NCBI GenBank assembly: GCA_043228905.1
Contig: JBHGNT010000018.1
Span: 11,098,001 to 11,162,000, forward strand
Length of the DNA: 64,000 nt
DNA from: Azolla caroliniana
Taxonomy: Eukaryota > Plantae > Polypodiophyta
Reading direction: 5' to 3'
Shown here: positions 46,010 through 60,669 of the stretch, in pieces
Numbering within the stretch: the first letter of the stretch is position 1
How the letters are laid out: each line of letters begins with the position of its first letter
Program-made: the position numbers and the translations under genes
The notes under the pieces: model-generated
What the model was told of the DNA's origin: nothing
What the model saw: only the letters and a program-made list of their open reading frames with translations
The model's database searches: none

Positions 46010-47000
46010 AAACACAATATACGTCCAAATTATGTTCTTATGGAGGAAAAGAGAAAAAAAGACTAAACAAACAAGCACGGCCTTCAAAGAAACGTCATAC
46101 TCAAGAAGTGTTTCAAAGAAGAGAAGAATCAATGGTGGCCCCAATGATGAACTAAAGAGGGAAAGAAAGAGAGAGCCCTATCATTCAAGGAAACATCATA
46201 CTCAAGAAGTGGTTCAAAGAAGAGAAGAATCAATGATGGCCCCAATGATGAACTAAAGAGGGAAAGAAAGAGAGGGCCCTATCATGCAAGGTTCGCCTCA
46301 GAGATAGAGCAATCCACTGACTTGAAGTGGGTAATGGAAGAGCAGATTTTAGACAATTGTGTGAAATTCTGATAATTTGCAAAAAAAGCATGAGGATTGT
46401 GAAGGAGTTCCATGATTTTATCATTGATCTAGTGAAGAGGAAGAGGCAATCTATTGTGGAAAAATAATTGAGGCCCATCAACAATGAGTGCTACCACGAT
46501 GGAAGGGTTCAACAAGACTGAGAAAAAATATGTCAATAGTCACTGTAGAAGGCCACACTAGGCCAAAGCTATAATAGAAACATCTGTTCGAATTGGGGAT
46601 ATAAAGGAACCAATAGTGGCATTCATCAACCACTGCTCATAAATTAATCTTTATGTCCTTAGACTTCTACCAAAAGGATGGTGACGGATCAACACAAAAC
46701 ATGGATGGAAGATGTGAGCGACAATGAGAGGAATAGAAGAACTTCATGGAGCTTGCCCAAATGTACAAGTTAAAGTTAAAATTGGTGGCATTGAGTTGGT
46801 CTAACGCTTCTTTGTGCAAAATCCAACCTCACGTTGTCTCAGAGAGCTATATACCACGGTAGCTCGAATGGAAATGACGGTACTCAAGATGGCTTAGATA
46901 TCCTTTGTATCACTAATTTGGTGAGTTTGTGTCCTAAAATAGAAAGTCATTGCAATTCGTGTAGCATGAGCCATGCTTCACACTTGGGAAGAGGTGGCAT
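46010..47000 (+). mobile_element. Highly decayed gypsy gag/protease relic including a 101-bp tandem duplication (46083-46291)
   Basis: VRIGDIKEPIVAFINHCS*INL resembles an IDHGSEINL-type protease motif. Confidence 0.45.
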
Positions 47001-47499
47001 ACAAGAGTTTAAGGCCCATTTCCTTAATGTAAATTTGTGGTTCAAGATTTTCTTTATGAAAGCATACCTTTTTAAGTAGTCCTACTTGTTGGTTTATATT
47101 GTAGATAAAAGATTACGAGGACTCACCTACAGTCATCTGAACGTCTTTTTTTTCCTCGTAACGTTTCATTAAGAGCTCAGATTTATGTTCTAAAAATCTC
47201 ATTGGAACCTCTTCCTATTGCCGCAATTTATAGAGAAAATTCTTGTATCTTCATGATCCTTGTTCAATCACAATAAACACAAACAATAGGATTGCCATAA
47301 ATAAATTTATATAGATATTAGAATAAGGTAATACATCAAATGTTCACAAATTTAATTAGGTACAACGAGATGAAACCTTTGAGCCCGGCCACATAGAGTG
47401 ACTTTTATGGCAATAAGTAGTAAGATTGAAGAATATATGAATTGCAGGTAGAGAGGTTCAGGAGGGGATGTCCCACAAATGATGTCCACACCTCTCTTG

Positions 47500-49400
47500 T
47501 CATTGTTGGTCTCACATGCCCTCTTGATTGGCAACTCTGAGCTTGATCAAAATCTCGGTCGCGCTTCCGTTTTACGCTAACATCACTCCCTCAAACACTA
47601 GCCTCTCTTGTTCTTTTTATATGCATCGAGACCTCTTCATTCAAATAAAAATAGCAATCCTTCTTTTACCATGCACCTTCACTCATCTTCCTAGGGCACC
47701 TACTGTGAGTAAAATGTCTATCCTTCTGTCCATTCATTCTAAAGTAAGCTCTTGCTTTTTATGTTGCATCTTATTATTGTTTCAAGCCTCATCCTGTCTC
47801 ATGTCCTTCTTGTCATACTTTTTCCCTATCCTCTAACCTTTCATGTATCTTGAGTTTGATGCTTTTCCTCTCATGAGCACCTCACATCATGACAATGCCC
47901 TATTTTATAGCAGTGTTGTAGTAGTATGATCCACAAGTTATTGTGCGGTCAAGCTCAATGGAGTATTGATTCTTCCTCTTTTCATCTTTCCTTGATTGTT
48001 GTGGAGTTATTTGGACTTCTACTTGTTCTAGTTGGACAATATCATGGTTGGAGGGGTTCTAGCTTCTTGGAGTGAGTACTATCTTTGAGATACACAATCT
48101 CTGGGTGCTCATCTACTTGTAAGGGTGTCAGCTCTATCTCTTGGGTAAGAGGATTGTTCCATTCTTTCGGGTGGATCTCAACTTTGAAAACTGATTCTGC
48201 TGTCCTAGGCCAAAAGATCAAAATAAGGAACTTAGGACAATTGAGTTTCTCATGTTTCAACTCTTGTGCTTGGAATTAAATGGGTAGTGGCACATTCATT
48301 GGATGCATGCCACTACCCATTGTCCTAGGCCAAAAGATCAAAATAAGGAACTTAGGACAATTGAGTTTCTCATGTTTCAACTCTTGTGCTTGGAATTAAA
48401 TGTTGACTTTGAGAGTTAACTCATGTTGAGCTTGTAGATGTGACTTCTGAAACTCCTAGCATCTCCTCCAACCCAAAATGACTTCATGACAAAGGACGTT
48501 TCCTAGTTGTCATTAGAGTTGGTTGGTGAGCACCAAGTGGACGAATTCACACTCGTTGGTCATTGTTATGAACTTATTTCTTTTCTTTAGCAACTTGTAC
48601 AAAGTCTCGATAAAATACTCCCAAAAGTATATAATGATAGAGTTTACTAGAATTACCCATATTATAGGTAGGATCTATTCCGGGACACTACACGCTAATC
48701 CACACTAAATGCACCATTGGAAGAAACCCACACTATACTTATTGTTGTATGTCTCTTGCTACAAGATTTTGGAGACTTGAGTGGTCTTAAATTATGTTGG
48801 CCATATACCCTAAAAGACTAGTTTTAAAAAATCAAACTCCTACTATAAGGCTAGGTATCCTTATTGCAAACAATAACCTTGAACTCTCATTAATGCATAT
48901 ACAACCCCACTACCAAGGATCTGTGCTTTAGTTGGTGTAGATATTATCTATGTCTCCTTGAGGATCACCAAATAGGAAGTGGTGTCTGGGACAAAAAAGT
49001 TTTGATCCACTAACACATCCTCAATTGTCAACCTCACACTAGGACAAGCCTACCCAATTTTCCCCTTAGTGGTTGGTGTTGATTAGACATCTCCCTTCCA
49101 ATAAAATTCATTAGAGATTAAGTTGATTTCTATGTGTGATCCATCAATGGGTGAATCATTCACTCCATACCCCAGATCTTCATGAAGGTTTGTGTGGTAG
49201 CTAATGCCTAATGTTGCCGAGTGTAGTGGTTGTCCACATATTCCCTTCATTCTTTGACCCTTCTTTAACAATAATATTTATGGAAGCATTCATTTGATTT
49301 CTCACCATTTTCCAGTAATTGTTCATTTCTTTCCATCAGATCAATAATTACCTCATATGTATTGACATCGCTTGGTGGGGTATTTGAATAGAAAATTATT
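47500..49400 (-). mobile_element. Highly decayed gypsy-like relic
   Basis: PIDGSHIEINLIS protease-like remnant near 49110-49150; boundaries uncertain. Confidence 0.35.
48201..48402. repeat. Perfect 82-bp direct repeat flanking a short hairpin
   Basis: 48201-48282 equals 48321-48402; 14-bp inverted repeat at 48279-48292 / 48308-48321. Confidence 0.92.
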
Positions 49401-50702
49401 CAACATAAGTATAATGGGAAATTTATTACAAAGTATCCAACATTTAGAAAAATGTGTATTGAGTATATTACATAAAGCATAGTTTTTTCTTCATCAAAGG
49501 GGAATATATCCAATGCAAAAGTGAAAAAGACCAATTTTCTTAGATTATGGTAATTTTTATTTAAGTATAATTTGAATAAATTGAAAGTTAATGAAATATA
49601 ACATATAACGAAAAGCTACAACTATTTGAATCTGTGTAGGTTAAATAAGGTTTTACTTTTCAATTCAGCACATTCTACAAATTGGGTAGGCATGGCAATT
49701 TCAACCAACCATTATCAAAGGGCTTCTTCTACTTTCAATTACTAATAGTGACTTCCTCCTGGAATTCAAGGCATCCAAGATCATTTACCTTTTGCTATGA
49801 GCCTTAAAAAATCTTCTGTAAGAAGCAGTGGCACTTGCTCATAATCTGACATTGATGGAAATTGCGAATGTGTAGATTATGCAATTTGATAGGTTTTACA
49901 TGTCAATAGATGTTCAAAAAGCACTTTCTCACATGGATTAAGGTTTTCTTAAGCAATGAATCACATAATTGGTTGATCAAACATAAACTGTTAAATAGGA
50001 TGACAATTCTTGGCCCCAATGCACATCCAAAGATCTTACATTTTATGGATGATTTTGTCATCATTATTATTGCCCATGTTGAAACTTACCTTTCCTATTG
50101 ATCAATTATTCTTTGATTTTATTCTGCATTAGACAGTAAAGACCACATAGGGACTGACAATCTAACAACAGAAAATTTCATGGTACAAAAATTCCATGGA
50201 TACCTGACAGCTTTAGATTTATGTACAACTGAAAAAAAGTACAGTAAAGAAAATTCAGAAGCTCCATGTACTGCCCTACAAAACAAAAAATTTGAAACAT
50301 GAAAATAGCTTCTTAAAAGTACATAAATAATGAGGAACAAAGATCTGGAGTAAATTCCATTGATATTTTCTGAGCTTGAACATAAGATTGTTCACTTAGA
50401 AACATGATTAGAGAAGTTCGGCACAAGCACATAGTGCAGCAGTATTAGGCCTACAGAATGGAGTATGTATTCCATAAGACTAGGTAGGCACATCCCAGAC
50501 TTCACTCTGAAATCATATCGTACTAGCTAGGGTATCTTCAACGGTGCCCTACAATGATTGTCTCTTTTCCCAATGGATCACCAATGTCAACCAATGAACT
50601 ATACATTTCCCATGGGCAAAACTTGAGTAAATCACTGCTTTGAAGAAATCAACTCATTTTGAATCCTTAAACCTCGTTCAAATGTTAATTACTATAAACT
50701 TG

Positions 50703-53700
50703 TCAAGAGAAATCACCATCAAAAGCACCAAGAGCTTTCATGTCATCCATGAATGCTGAGTAAGAATCATCAATACTTTGTGGTTTTGGGATAGGATGCG
50801 CTGATGAAATTTTAGCTACATTGACCACAGCATGGGAGGAAGCCATAGAGGGTTTAGCTTTTGTCTTATGCACACTCTCTCTTCGTACAAGCACTGAAGC
50901 TGGAACCTGTTGTTACAAAAATAGTTGAAAGGAGAATAATATTTCCCACTAAAAAATGCTATTATAAAAAAAAGGAAAACACACCAAAATCCCATAGATT
51001 GCAGAATATTTACCAGAATACTCTGAAGTTTTCATAAAATAGCAGATTACCCCAATGTAGTAGTACAAAGTGTACCATTACAATGGAGTATTCTGGTCAT
51101 TTATGAAAACTTCAGGATATTCTTGTAATATGAATAAAGTCAGGTGTCGGGAAAATCAAAAGAGGGAGGGAGGGCTTACCATTGATGTGAGCTCAGGAGT
51201 GTGTTGAGCAAGAGGTCGTTTCACAACCGTTGGAGCAGCAGATTTTACAAAGGATGTCTTTAAAGAAGCTTTCCCAACCTCATCCAATGATGGGTTACTG
51301 TCCATCGACACTACTCTAGGGGGCAGTGGCATAAGAGGAGCCCCAGGCATTCCAATAGGTGGCCTTGTTAGAGACGGTGGCAGGGGTGGCAGTGGTAGTC
51401 CAAGAGGCTGTGAAGGAACCATAGGTATACCATTCGGCATCATTCGCGGAAAAGATTGTCCTGTGAGAGGTGGTGGTGGTGGAGGTGGAGGTGGAGGCCT
51501 CAAGCCAGGTGGTGGAGGTGGTGGAGGAAGTCTCGAAATGCTGCCAGGTGGCAGCATTTCATGAGAATTGATTGACCTCATCATGCCCAGAGGTGGAGGT
51601 GGTGGCGGCAATGGTAGAGAACTGACAGGTTTTTGCACCAACTGCTGTGGTGGTGGCAGTGGTCTCTCTGGTGGTGGTAGCGCACCCTTATTATCCTGAC
51701 TTTCTTCATTCTTTTGTTCAGTTTTTCCATCTTGAGTAGGGGGAGACACCTGAAACCAGATATAAATTTTGGGTAAAGCAACGAGCAATATTATGCATCA
51801 TATCAACAGATACAAAGAGCCAAACAATAGACAGATTTAGTTATGGTGCATTAGTTCTTTAAAAAATATTTTACAATGTTGTCCCTCGCTTTCATGTTTC
51901 AGTAAATTTAGCAACGTTATTCACTCTGAAGACAAGTATCAAGGATTTTAAGAGCAATTAATCAAATTTCTATCTTTTCTGGGTTCTACTTGAAACAATA
52001 TTTTGTAACCCATTTTCCTTATATTACATGAATCATTTTCTTTTCAGGGTAGTAAGTAAAACATGATTCTGAGAATTTGATAAAAACATACCCAATCATG
52101 AGCACTCCCACTCATCTTTTCATTGGTATCATCAATCCCTGGAGGTCTCACAGCTCGTAAAATGCCTATTGTTGTTCCTGCACCTGTACCTGGAGGAGGA
52201 GGTTGCATTTGCCGATGAGGAGGCGGTGGTGGCAATAATATTTGAGATCGAACCTTTGGAGGTGGCCCTGGAGGAGGTGGTGGTGGCAGGGGTAAAGATG
52301 GAGCTGCTGAGCCACCTGGACGAGGTGGAGCAGGAGGTGGTGGTGGCACCGGAACTGACAATGGGATCATTGTTGCCTCTTCAGCAGAAGTTCCTCCTTC
52401 AGCCATCGGCAATGGTGGTGGAGGCGGAATCGGTATAATCATCTCTGTATCCATGTCTCCATCTTCTGAAAGCAGATTGCTTGAACCTGCATATTAGAAG
52501 GTGTTATGTAAGCAGATTATTTTATTTATGTACGCATAACATATGCGAGGGTAGGTAACTAGTATTTGCAAAACATAAAGTGACGGGTATGTTCACTATT
52601 ATTATAAAGGAACTAACGTGATGGATAGAGGGAATGATAGGTGCATGAATTATCATGATCTTGACCACCAATGAATGAAGTCTTTTAATAAGGCATACCT
52701 ATTCAAGCGGCCTAGCTACCCTCATAGACACATTACGTCAAAAGGCTAAAGTCTTGAGACACTAGTGGTGCAGTCTAGGCTTTCATTGCAACTATGTCTT
52801 GATCATATCTCGGGGGTGATCAGGAGGATCAGGCTCCTCTATCCAACCTCTTCACCTTTTTTTACTTTAACTTGGTCTATCAATTACAAAGACATTCTTA
52901 ACAGAAGGAATGAGTAGAATACTGTAAAAGGTTGCTGGAAACTACTTGATGACAAGATATCAATCAACCAAAGGGAATTGCTCAAAAGCTATGCATAGAG
53001 AGGTCATAAGGAGTGAGAATCTCTTGATATAAAGAATTCAATCAAGCATACCTGCGTTAGATTTATACATTGGAGGTTTTCCAGGGGGTGGTGCCCCTGT
53101 TGGGTTTAATGTAGGATGAAAGTAAATAGAATCCTGAAAATTAGAAAATAATACATGTGGTTAATAAATAGCATATCACCAAAACCAACTGAAGGTAGCA
53201 GAGTAAATCACATAATAGCATAAATCACCAAAGCAAGGAGGCCATTATAGCAAGAATACCTCTGGATTCATCTGTTTTGCCTTTAGCTCTTCCTCGGCTG
53301 TTCTTCGCGGTGCAGATAAATGACTAATAGAAAACAATCATCATTAAGATACAGTGAAAGGTAATTTCAAAGTTGTTATAACCCACTCCAATGACAAACA
53401 GAAAAAGAGAAAAAAAAGCAATCACCTGAACATTATAGGCTCTTCGCCCTTCTCACGCATTTTCTCTTCGTACTCCTAGAGAAAGCTCCACCCACATTAA
53501 TCGTGATGGAACATGTGGAACATAAATTGCAATGAAATACCTGAAGTTGAGAATGAATAACTAGGTAACAAGAAAGAAACAAACCTTCCTCTTTTTCATC
53601 ACCAAATTCAGTGTATCTTCAAGTTGTCGTTTTTTGTGTCTCCTAGTCTTATCCAAAGCCCCATCAGCCTCTGTTACAAAAGTCAGTTAATTTAAACATG

Positions 53701-55847
53701 ACATATACATGGCAAATATCATTAACCATATTTAAGCTGCCCAATTTGTCCATCAAACTGCTAGACCACCTTATAAATTGTGTGTCAAAAACACATTAAG
53801 AGTGCAGTGACACCTCATTGTGAAAGTAGACAAATCTTGAAGCCCCACCTAGCACACAGGCTAATAAGTGTGGATTCCGTTTAATGCTGCTCTATATCCA
53901 AGGCAGAAATGAGTGGTTTCCAGCATCAGCCAACAAACGTGTTCACTACCATTTGCAAGAAGAATTACTATCAAATTCAATCCATTAGAGTCACAAAGCC
54001 GATATTACGAATATGAGAATGTAGCAAGGGAACAATCACTTCCCAAGTGTAATGAAAGAGTTTATTCAGATAAACACCTTCAAATATATAAGTGTATCCA
54101 TCATTACCAACTCTTTCCACTGCCTCAATAACCAGTTGTCAGGACTCATCATCAATAGTACCAAGAAGAACAAGGAAAAGAGATTTTATCATAAACCTTG
54201 AAATAACTCGAATGCAAATTAACACTTCATACTAGGTAGTGTACTGTACAAAGTAATTACACTAAAACGGACTGCAACCATACATACTATAACGTATAAC
54301 ACCTTGTACAGCTCTAGGTGAGTGATTGTGTGGTCCTTGTGGCTTTAAAATATTGCATGAAACTTGGGCCAGAATCTCAACTTGAATGCATAGAGAACAG
54401 AATTAAATATAATGGTAAACAAGTACCCCGAAGGAAATTAAATTTCAGAATCACATAAGTACAGAAATGTTTTAAAGAAAATAATCAAATTAGTAGTGTT
54501 ATATGCATACATACCAATATCATTTTTAAAGAACTATCAAACTTAGACATAGTGCATTTAATTTCCTTCCAAGGTTTACAATCAAATACATTTCAAATTG
54601 AAAGTTGACATTCACTAAAGACATGAGTGAATGCATATTAAGGGAAAACATGACACTAAATGCATGTAACCACTGAGCTGACTCAAACTTAAACTTGTTC
54701 AAATACAATTGATGGATGAGTAAGTTTGGCAAATATATACACATATATAGACACATAATGAATAGAAAATAACCAAAAAGCACGATTATGGCATAATAGT
54801 ACAGTTGCAATCTTGTCTAATCAAAACTGTCATCCATGCATTAGATTGGTTTTACCAAGAGATATGAAGCAATTTTCTTGAAGTATCCTCAAAGAAATTT
54901 TAGTAGGATAGCAATAGTGATTTTTTATTTTACCCAAAGGGTTTTGAAAATCTGAGACCAAAGGAAAAGAGGAAACATAAATTGGCACAATCAGGATGAC
55001 TTTGAGGAATGCAAAGAGTCGAGTGTTTTGCATGTATATGATATCCTCAAAGAAATTTTAGAAGGATTACAACAGTGGTTTTTTTTAGTTTAAGGGTTTT
55101 GAAAATCTGATGACCAAAGGAAAAGAGGAAACATACATTGGCACAATCAGGATGGCTTTGGGGAATGCAATGCGTCAAGTGTTTTGCATGTATATGATAT
55201 CCTCAAAGCAATTTTGGTAAGATTGCAATAGTGGGTTTTTTAATTTACTCAAAGGGATTTGAAAACCTGAAGACCATAGGATGACCTTGCAGAATGCAAA
55301 GAGTCAAGTGTTTTGCATGCATATGATAAGGAGATTGTAAAATGTCTACAGATATTGATATCTTTATCATGCCAAGGGGATAGAGACAATGTCTGCAGTT
55401 GTGGATGTTACAAAACCCAGTTTTATGAACCTTTTGGAGATAGTGATGACGCGATGTTTACAAAGAATGTTCGAGAAACTCTTGCCAATCAATGACGACC
55501 TAAATCAGCCCCTTAAATGGAAAGTTGGTCCAATTTCAGTAAGCTGCTAAAGTTGCCAACCTGATTTTACTTATAAGAGACTGGCAGGTAAGCCTCACCC
55601 AAGTACCCATAAGCTTGTTACGTGTCATGCATTTATCCTTGAGGTGGAAAAGTGCTGGACATTTACGATTGTGCATAGATTTAATTTTACATCATATTTC
55701 GGCATCAGGTTTTTATTTCAATACTGAGTAGAATGGCAGGATGCTCATTCATACAAACTAAATCATCATTGTTTTGACTAAAGATTCTAATTAAGATAAA
55801 AAAAATGTTGCTGCCCGTATATATATATACATACATATCTATCTATC

Positions 55848-55879
<32 letters not shown>

Positions 55880-58179
55880 TGGATTCCCAGAACATAATTA
55901 ATTGAAGACACTTACTCATAGTTTCAAGTTTCCGAATTTGGTCCCTTATAGCTTCTGGGTCTTTCTTAAGGATACCAACTTCACGCACCTTTTTCCGTTC
56001 CTTCTTATTCTGGAAAACAAAATAACAATGAAACAAGAAATATAAAAATCACTAGTAGAGGCATTGTATCTTGTACCCTTATTTAACAAGAATATATATT
56101 ATCCCACAAGTCCCACTAGTAGAGGGGCTGTGGTTTGTCACAATATTTAACAAGAATAAATGTATCCCACAAGTACCCTAGCAAAGAAATAGTGTTCCTA
56201 ATTTCTGGAATTACTCCATCTCTAGTATTCCAGAACATGGTATTCCTTTTCCATATAGCCGAATGTTTATCAATAACCATATATGAATTCTCCAAATCAG
56301 TTTTTGGTTTCTTCCCTGTTGCATGCATTTGCATACATGTGTGCATCCCTTTTCTAAGTGTGTTAGAGCCCCCTAATGAAATTTTATAAAATATCATGTC
56401 ACACAAGGCTATCCACCACCTTCCCAGAAGTTAAGGCTAAAGACATAATATAAACTTGGAAGATATCATATATTTACATATGCTTCTCATAATAATTCCA
56501 TCCCAAAACATGTGGTGAAAACTTAGAAGCAATGGACAATGGTACCAACCATGCTCCAAAACAAATCTGGACAATAAGGTTTGACCTTTTCAGTGATGAC
56601 ATACTTAACAAAACTATGGTTCCACTTATTTTCAAATTATATGATATACTACATAAAGATAAACAAGTGTGACTAAATAATAACTTTTCATGTACTACCC
56701 CTAGCATGTATCATATATGATCATCCTATTGACCATCCTTATTTTGGATCCCTACCTACTCATGTTATTGACCATATATATCCTTATTTTAGAATTCTTA
56801 TATATGTAGCACATCCAGTAGAAATAAGAAGCCAGATTCTAATTCAGTCATGATGTGCACATTGGTCAACAGTCAATAGCATGATATCATACCAGGAAAC
56901 ACTCATGCCTACCTCCATGACGCTAGGCATGCCATGATACTAGGCAACAGTCATACCTACCTCCAAGACACAAACCCCTTCATTATTTAAAATAGAACTT
57001 CAGCACAGCAAACGAAAAAACAGCAAGATTAAAAAGCACAACTGAAAGAAGCCCAAGCACAGTGATATACAACCTAATGGAGAAGGTTCAAATGCGTTGA
57101 AAGCTAAAACTGTAGAAGTTTCCCACAGAATAAAGCAAAAGTCCTAAATGATATATCCCACAATCTCACATCCTTGTTCTTCAAGAAAAACAGGTAGCAT
57201 TATTAATGTCTTCTCCCATAAAGTTTATATAACCCAGTCTATGTGGAAGTCATAAAGCAAGAAAAACGAGAGATCCTAGAGAGATGGAAATTATATACAA
57301 ACAAGAACTACAAGAAATAATAAACATTTGCAAAAATAAATGTCAGAAAAGATTCATGAAGATCTACCAATATCGTAGCAGGTTGCCTCTCTAACTCTTG
57401 AAATGAGAACAAGTTGAAAAACACATTTTTCACAAACAAAATTCAGCTCTCTTTAAGTTCTTGAACATCAAGTGTAACTTATTAAGTGCACAAATTTCGT
57501 GATCATTTTGGTTCCATAATGTCATAATGACCACGGTTAATGATAATAAAGTCTTATCTAGGGTGTAAAAATAGCATCCTCATCATTGTCTCTCACAGCT
57601 CAGTCTTTGTCTCTCTTGCAAATAAAATCAGTTCAAACACATAAGTTTACGTATAAGTTTAATCCTTATAACACACCCTCTTTAGTCAGTTCTTACCTCT
57701 CATGCAGATGACAGCACATTCTACATATACAAATCCAAGGTTTACATAGCTTATAAACCATTCTCTCTCTAACATCAAATTGTGCATAAAACAAGCCTAC
57801 CCTCATCATGTCTACAATGACAAGCAAGGAAATGCTTCGAGAACCTATGAATTGACAAAATCTAAATGGGGTACGTATCAAACGACCAACGGAATTTCGA
57901 AGGCACCATAAAAGACACTTCCATATATTTTAGTTTGCAAAACAAAAATTGGTACGCGCAGTGCAAAGCAGGAAAAGCAAGGAACAGAAAATAACAACGA
58001 TTACACAAAAAGGAAAACCCTAAGAAGGGTGCAAAGCAGGGGAAAGAAAAAAATAAAGGAACGAAGCAACGAAGAATAGAGAGTTAAAGGTAACGAACCC
58101 GTTTTAGTTCCTTTTTTCGAAGCTCTTTTCTGTAGGCATCTGTAGGATTCATGACCTTCCCGCCCTTCGTCGTCTTCAT
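50703..58179 (-). CDS. ELF5: WW domain-binding protein 11 / EARLY FLOWERING 5 homolog, about 541 aa. Exons: 58179-58099, 56009-55916, 53670-53585, 53475-53426, 53323-53260, 53133-53052, 52486-52092, 51749-51180, 50906-50703
   Basis: [37 protein letters not shown] (Wbp11 domain), [20 protein letters not shown], poly-Pro middle, [31 protein letters not shown]; all eight introns are GT..AG and phases are consistent (1626 nt). Confidence 0.93.
54884..55328. repeat. Intronic tandem repeat, about 157-bp period, 3 copies
   Basis: TATCCTCAAAG at 54884, 55042 and 55198; the third unit has an internal deletion. Confidence 0.88.
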
Positions 58180-58437
58180 TTTCCCTGCTAACAAAAAGCC
58201 CGCTCGTCTGTGTTGCGTCTCACGAAATTGTTGCTTCTTCCTTTTCTGCTTACAATCTATATGTATATCATAGATTCATATATGTATATGTATATGTACA
58301 TATATGTATATATTTATTTCATTGATTTGGGGTGGAGGGCTGGATGGATCTAAAATTCTTTTCTTTCTTTCTTTCCTTCCGTGGCTCGGAACGCTGTGTC
58401 TTTAAAATCTACAATTTACCCCTCCCTCCTTCGCGTG

Positions 58438-58470
<33 letters not shown>

Positions 58471-58683
58471 ATGTGTTGTTAAAATTTGTGCCCTTCCTTC
58501 TTTTTTTAGGGAGTCCCCAAAGCAGCACTTCACTTCAGGAATCAAGGCATCCCTTGTCACCGCTGTTGCATTTAATTGGGCAATCTGATGCAAACCATAA
58601 TATCCCCACCAAGAAAGAATCCATCTAAAATACATAGGACTTTAGATCACCATCCATGTAAAATTCTAACCCTCTAGAGCTAT

Positions 58684-60669
58684 TGTTGGGTTTGTTCCCT
58701 ATGATTCGTGAGAAAGACCGACTAGGAAAAACACAATGTCGCGGAAAGACAGAAAACAGCAAATGCACGATACACGGTGATTTATGTGGAAAACAATAAA
58801 TAGGAAAAAAAAAACCACGGGAACAGAGATATTCCACTATACAACAAAATAACAAGAGGAGACAAAAATACAACACTCTCCAAACAAAGTGTATCAGCCA
58901 CGTAAGGCTCTTGGCGTCTAAGCTCACTTAGTTATGGCGCCGCTCACTCTCTCTTCTCTGTCACACTCACCAACAGAGGCTCATTGGCACTTCGTTCTAC
59001 ATTGTCTATTCTACACACTAGGTTTTGCCCTAAGTATATTTATACTTATACCCTGAATGGGCTATTTACAAATGTGGCCTCTACTACTTATGTTCCTATT
59101 ATTAAACTAATAGCAATAACGGTTAATGAGTCGAATGGTCGACTAGTCAATTCGACTAGCCGACTCTTATGTCGATTGTCCAATCAGCCCGACTAGTCGG
59201 CCTTGTCTTCGACCTGGATCATCTGTTGTTAGCTCTTCATGTCGACTCCCTTTAAGTAGACTCGCCCAGTCGACTCTCCATGACATCGATTGCTGGCTCT
59301 CGGCCCGACCAGTCGGCTACTCCTTGTCTTCGACTGTCAGCTCTTACTCAGTCAAACAGTCAGCTCCTCCCAAATGAGGGACATACTCCTAACAAACTCC
59401 CCTTTCACTCCTATGGGTGGAGTCGATCAGTCCTGACTTCACTCGATAGACTCTTGAGTCTGTCCATCGGTAGGTTCTTCTTCAGCATGTCGGATCCATT
59501 GTCGTCAATATAGATCTTCACAAGGGTGAACTCTCCTTCCTCCATTTTCTCCCACAACCAGGGATACCTTCTTTGTCTATGCTTGGTTCGGGAGTGATAC
59601 ACAACATTCTTGGCTAGATGTATGGCGCTTTGGCCATCACAATGAAGCAAGTACTTCCTTTGCTTCATTCCCAACTCACTAAGAAAGTTTCTCATCCAAA
59701 TAAGCTCTTTTTCGGCCTCTGCCACTATCATATTATATATACTCTGCCTCTGTGGTCGACAAGGCCACAGATTTCTAAAGTCGTGACTGCCACGACATTG
59801 CTCCTCCTGCATAGTTCATCAAGTACCCTAAAGTGGATCTACTTGAGTCCACATCCCCCGACATGTCTGTGTCGGTAAACCCTTCGAGCATAGGTTTTCC
59901 GACACCATACCTTAGGCATACCCTTGAGGTGCCTTTCAAGTAACCTGAGTATCCATTTGACGACTGCCCAATGTTCTTGTCCTAGATTACTCATATATCG
60001 GCTTTTTGCCCCCACAACAAATGCTATGTTTGGTCTTTTGCAGACCATAGCATACATTAAACTGCCGACAGTTGAGGCATATGGTACTTTCCTCATCTCC
60101 ACCTTTTCTCTCTCCCCTTTTGGGCATTGCTAAGCATTCAGCTAGTAGTTAGTCGGCAACATAGAGCCAACTAGCTTTGTCTCTAACATGGCACTTTCTC
60201 GATTTTGTCCCGAACTGTGCATCCCTAAGATTTGCTTGGTCGGGCCAAGATCTTTCATGGCAAACGACTTGCCTAAAGCTTTCTTCAAGCTCACTATCCT
60301 CTTCGTGTCTTGTCTGACTATCAACATGTCATCCACATATAATAAGATAATAAAGAAATCACCTTCAGCTTACCTTTTGACAAACACACAATGATCTGCA
60401 TGCGTTTTCTTGAACCTATGTTCGAGCATGAAGGACTCGAATTTCTTGTACCATTGGCATGAAGTTTGTTTCAAGCCATATAAGCTTTTCTTTAGTCGAC
60501 ACACCATGTTCTCTTTTCCTTTCTCCTCAAAGCCTTCGGGTTTGCTACATATAGATCTCCTCCTCTAGTTCCCCGTGCAAGAATGTTGTTTTGACATCCA
60601 ACTGTTCGATCTCTAGATCCATGCTCACAACAATGCTCAGAACAGTTTGGATGGATGTCATCTTCACGC
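58684..60669 (-). mobile_element. Copia F (Tnt1/Tork-like) 3' part: decayed RT/RNase H, PPT and 3' LTR (58684-59394)
   Basis: DDMLIV, MKDLG, VPYASTVGSLMYAM, HSRTKH; PPT GTGAAAGGGGAGTT next to TGTTAGG; far end CCCAACA. Confidence 0.85.

Noticed and set aside
53913-57881. Small ORFs in ELF5 introns
   Set aside because: AT-rich chance ORFs; only 55916-56009 is a real exon.
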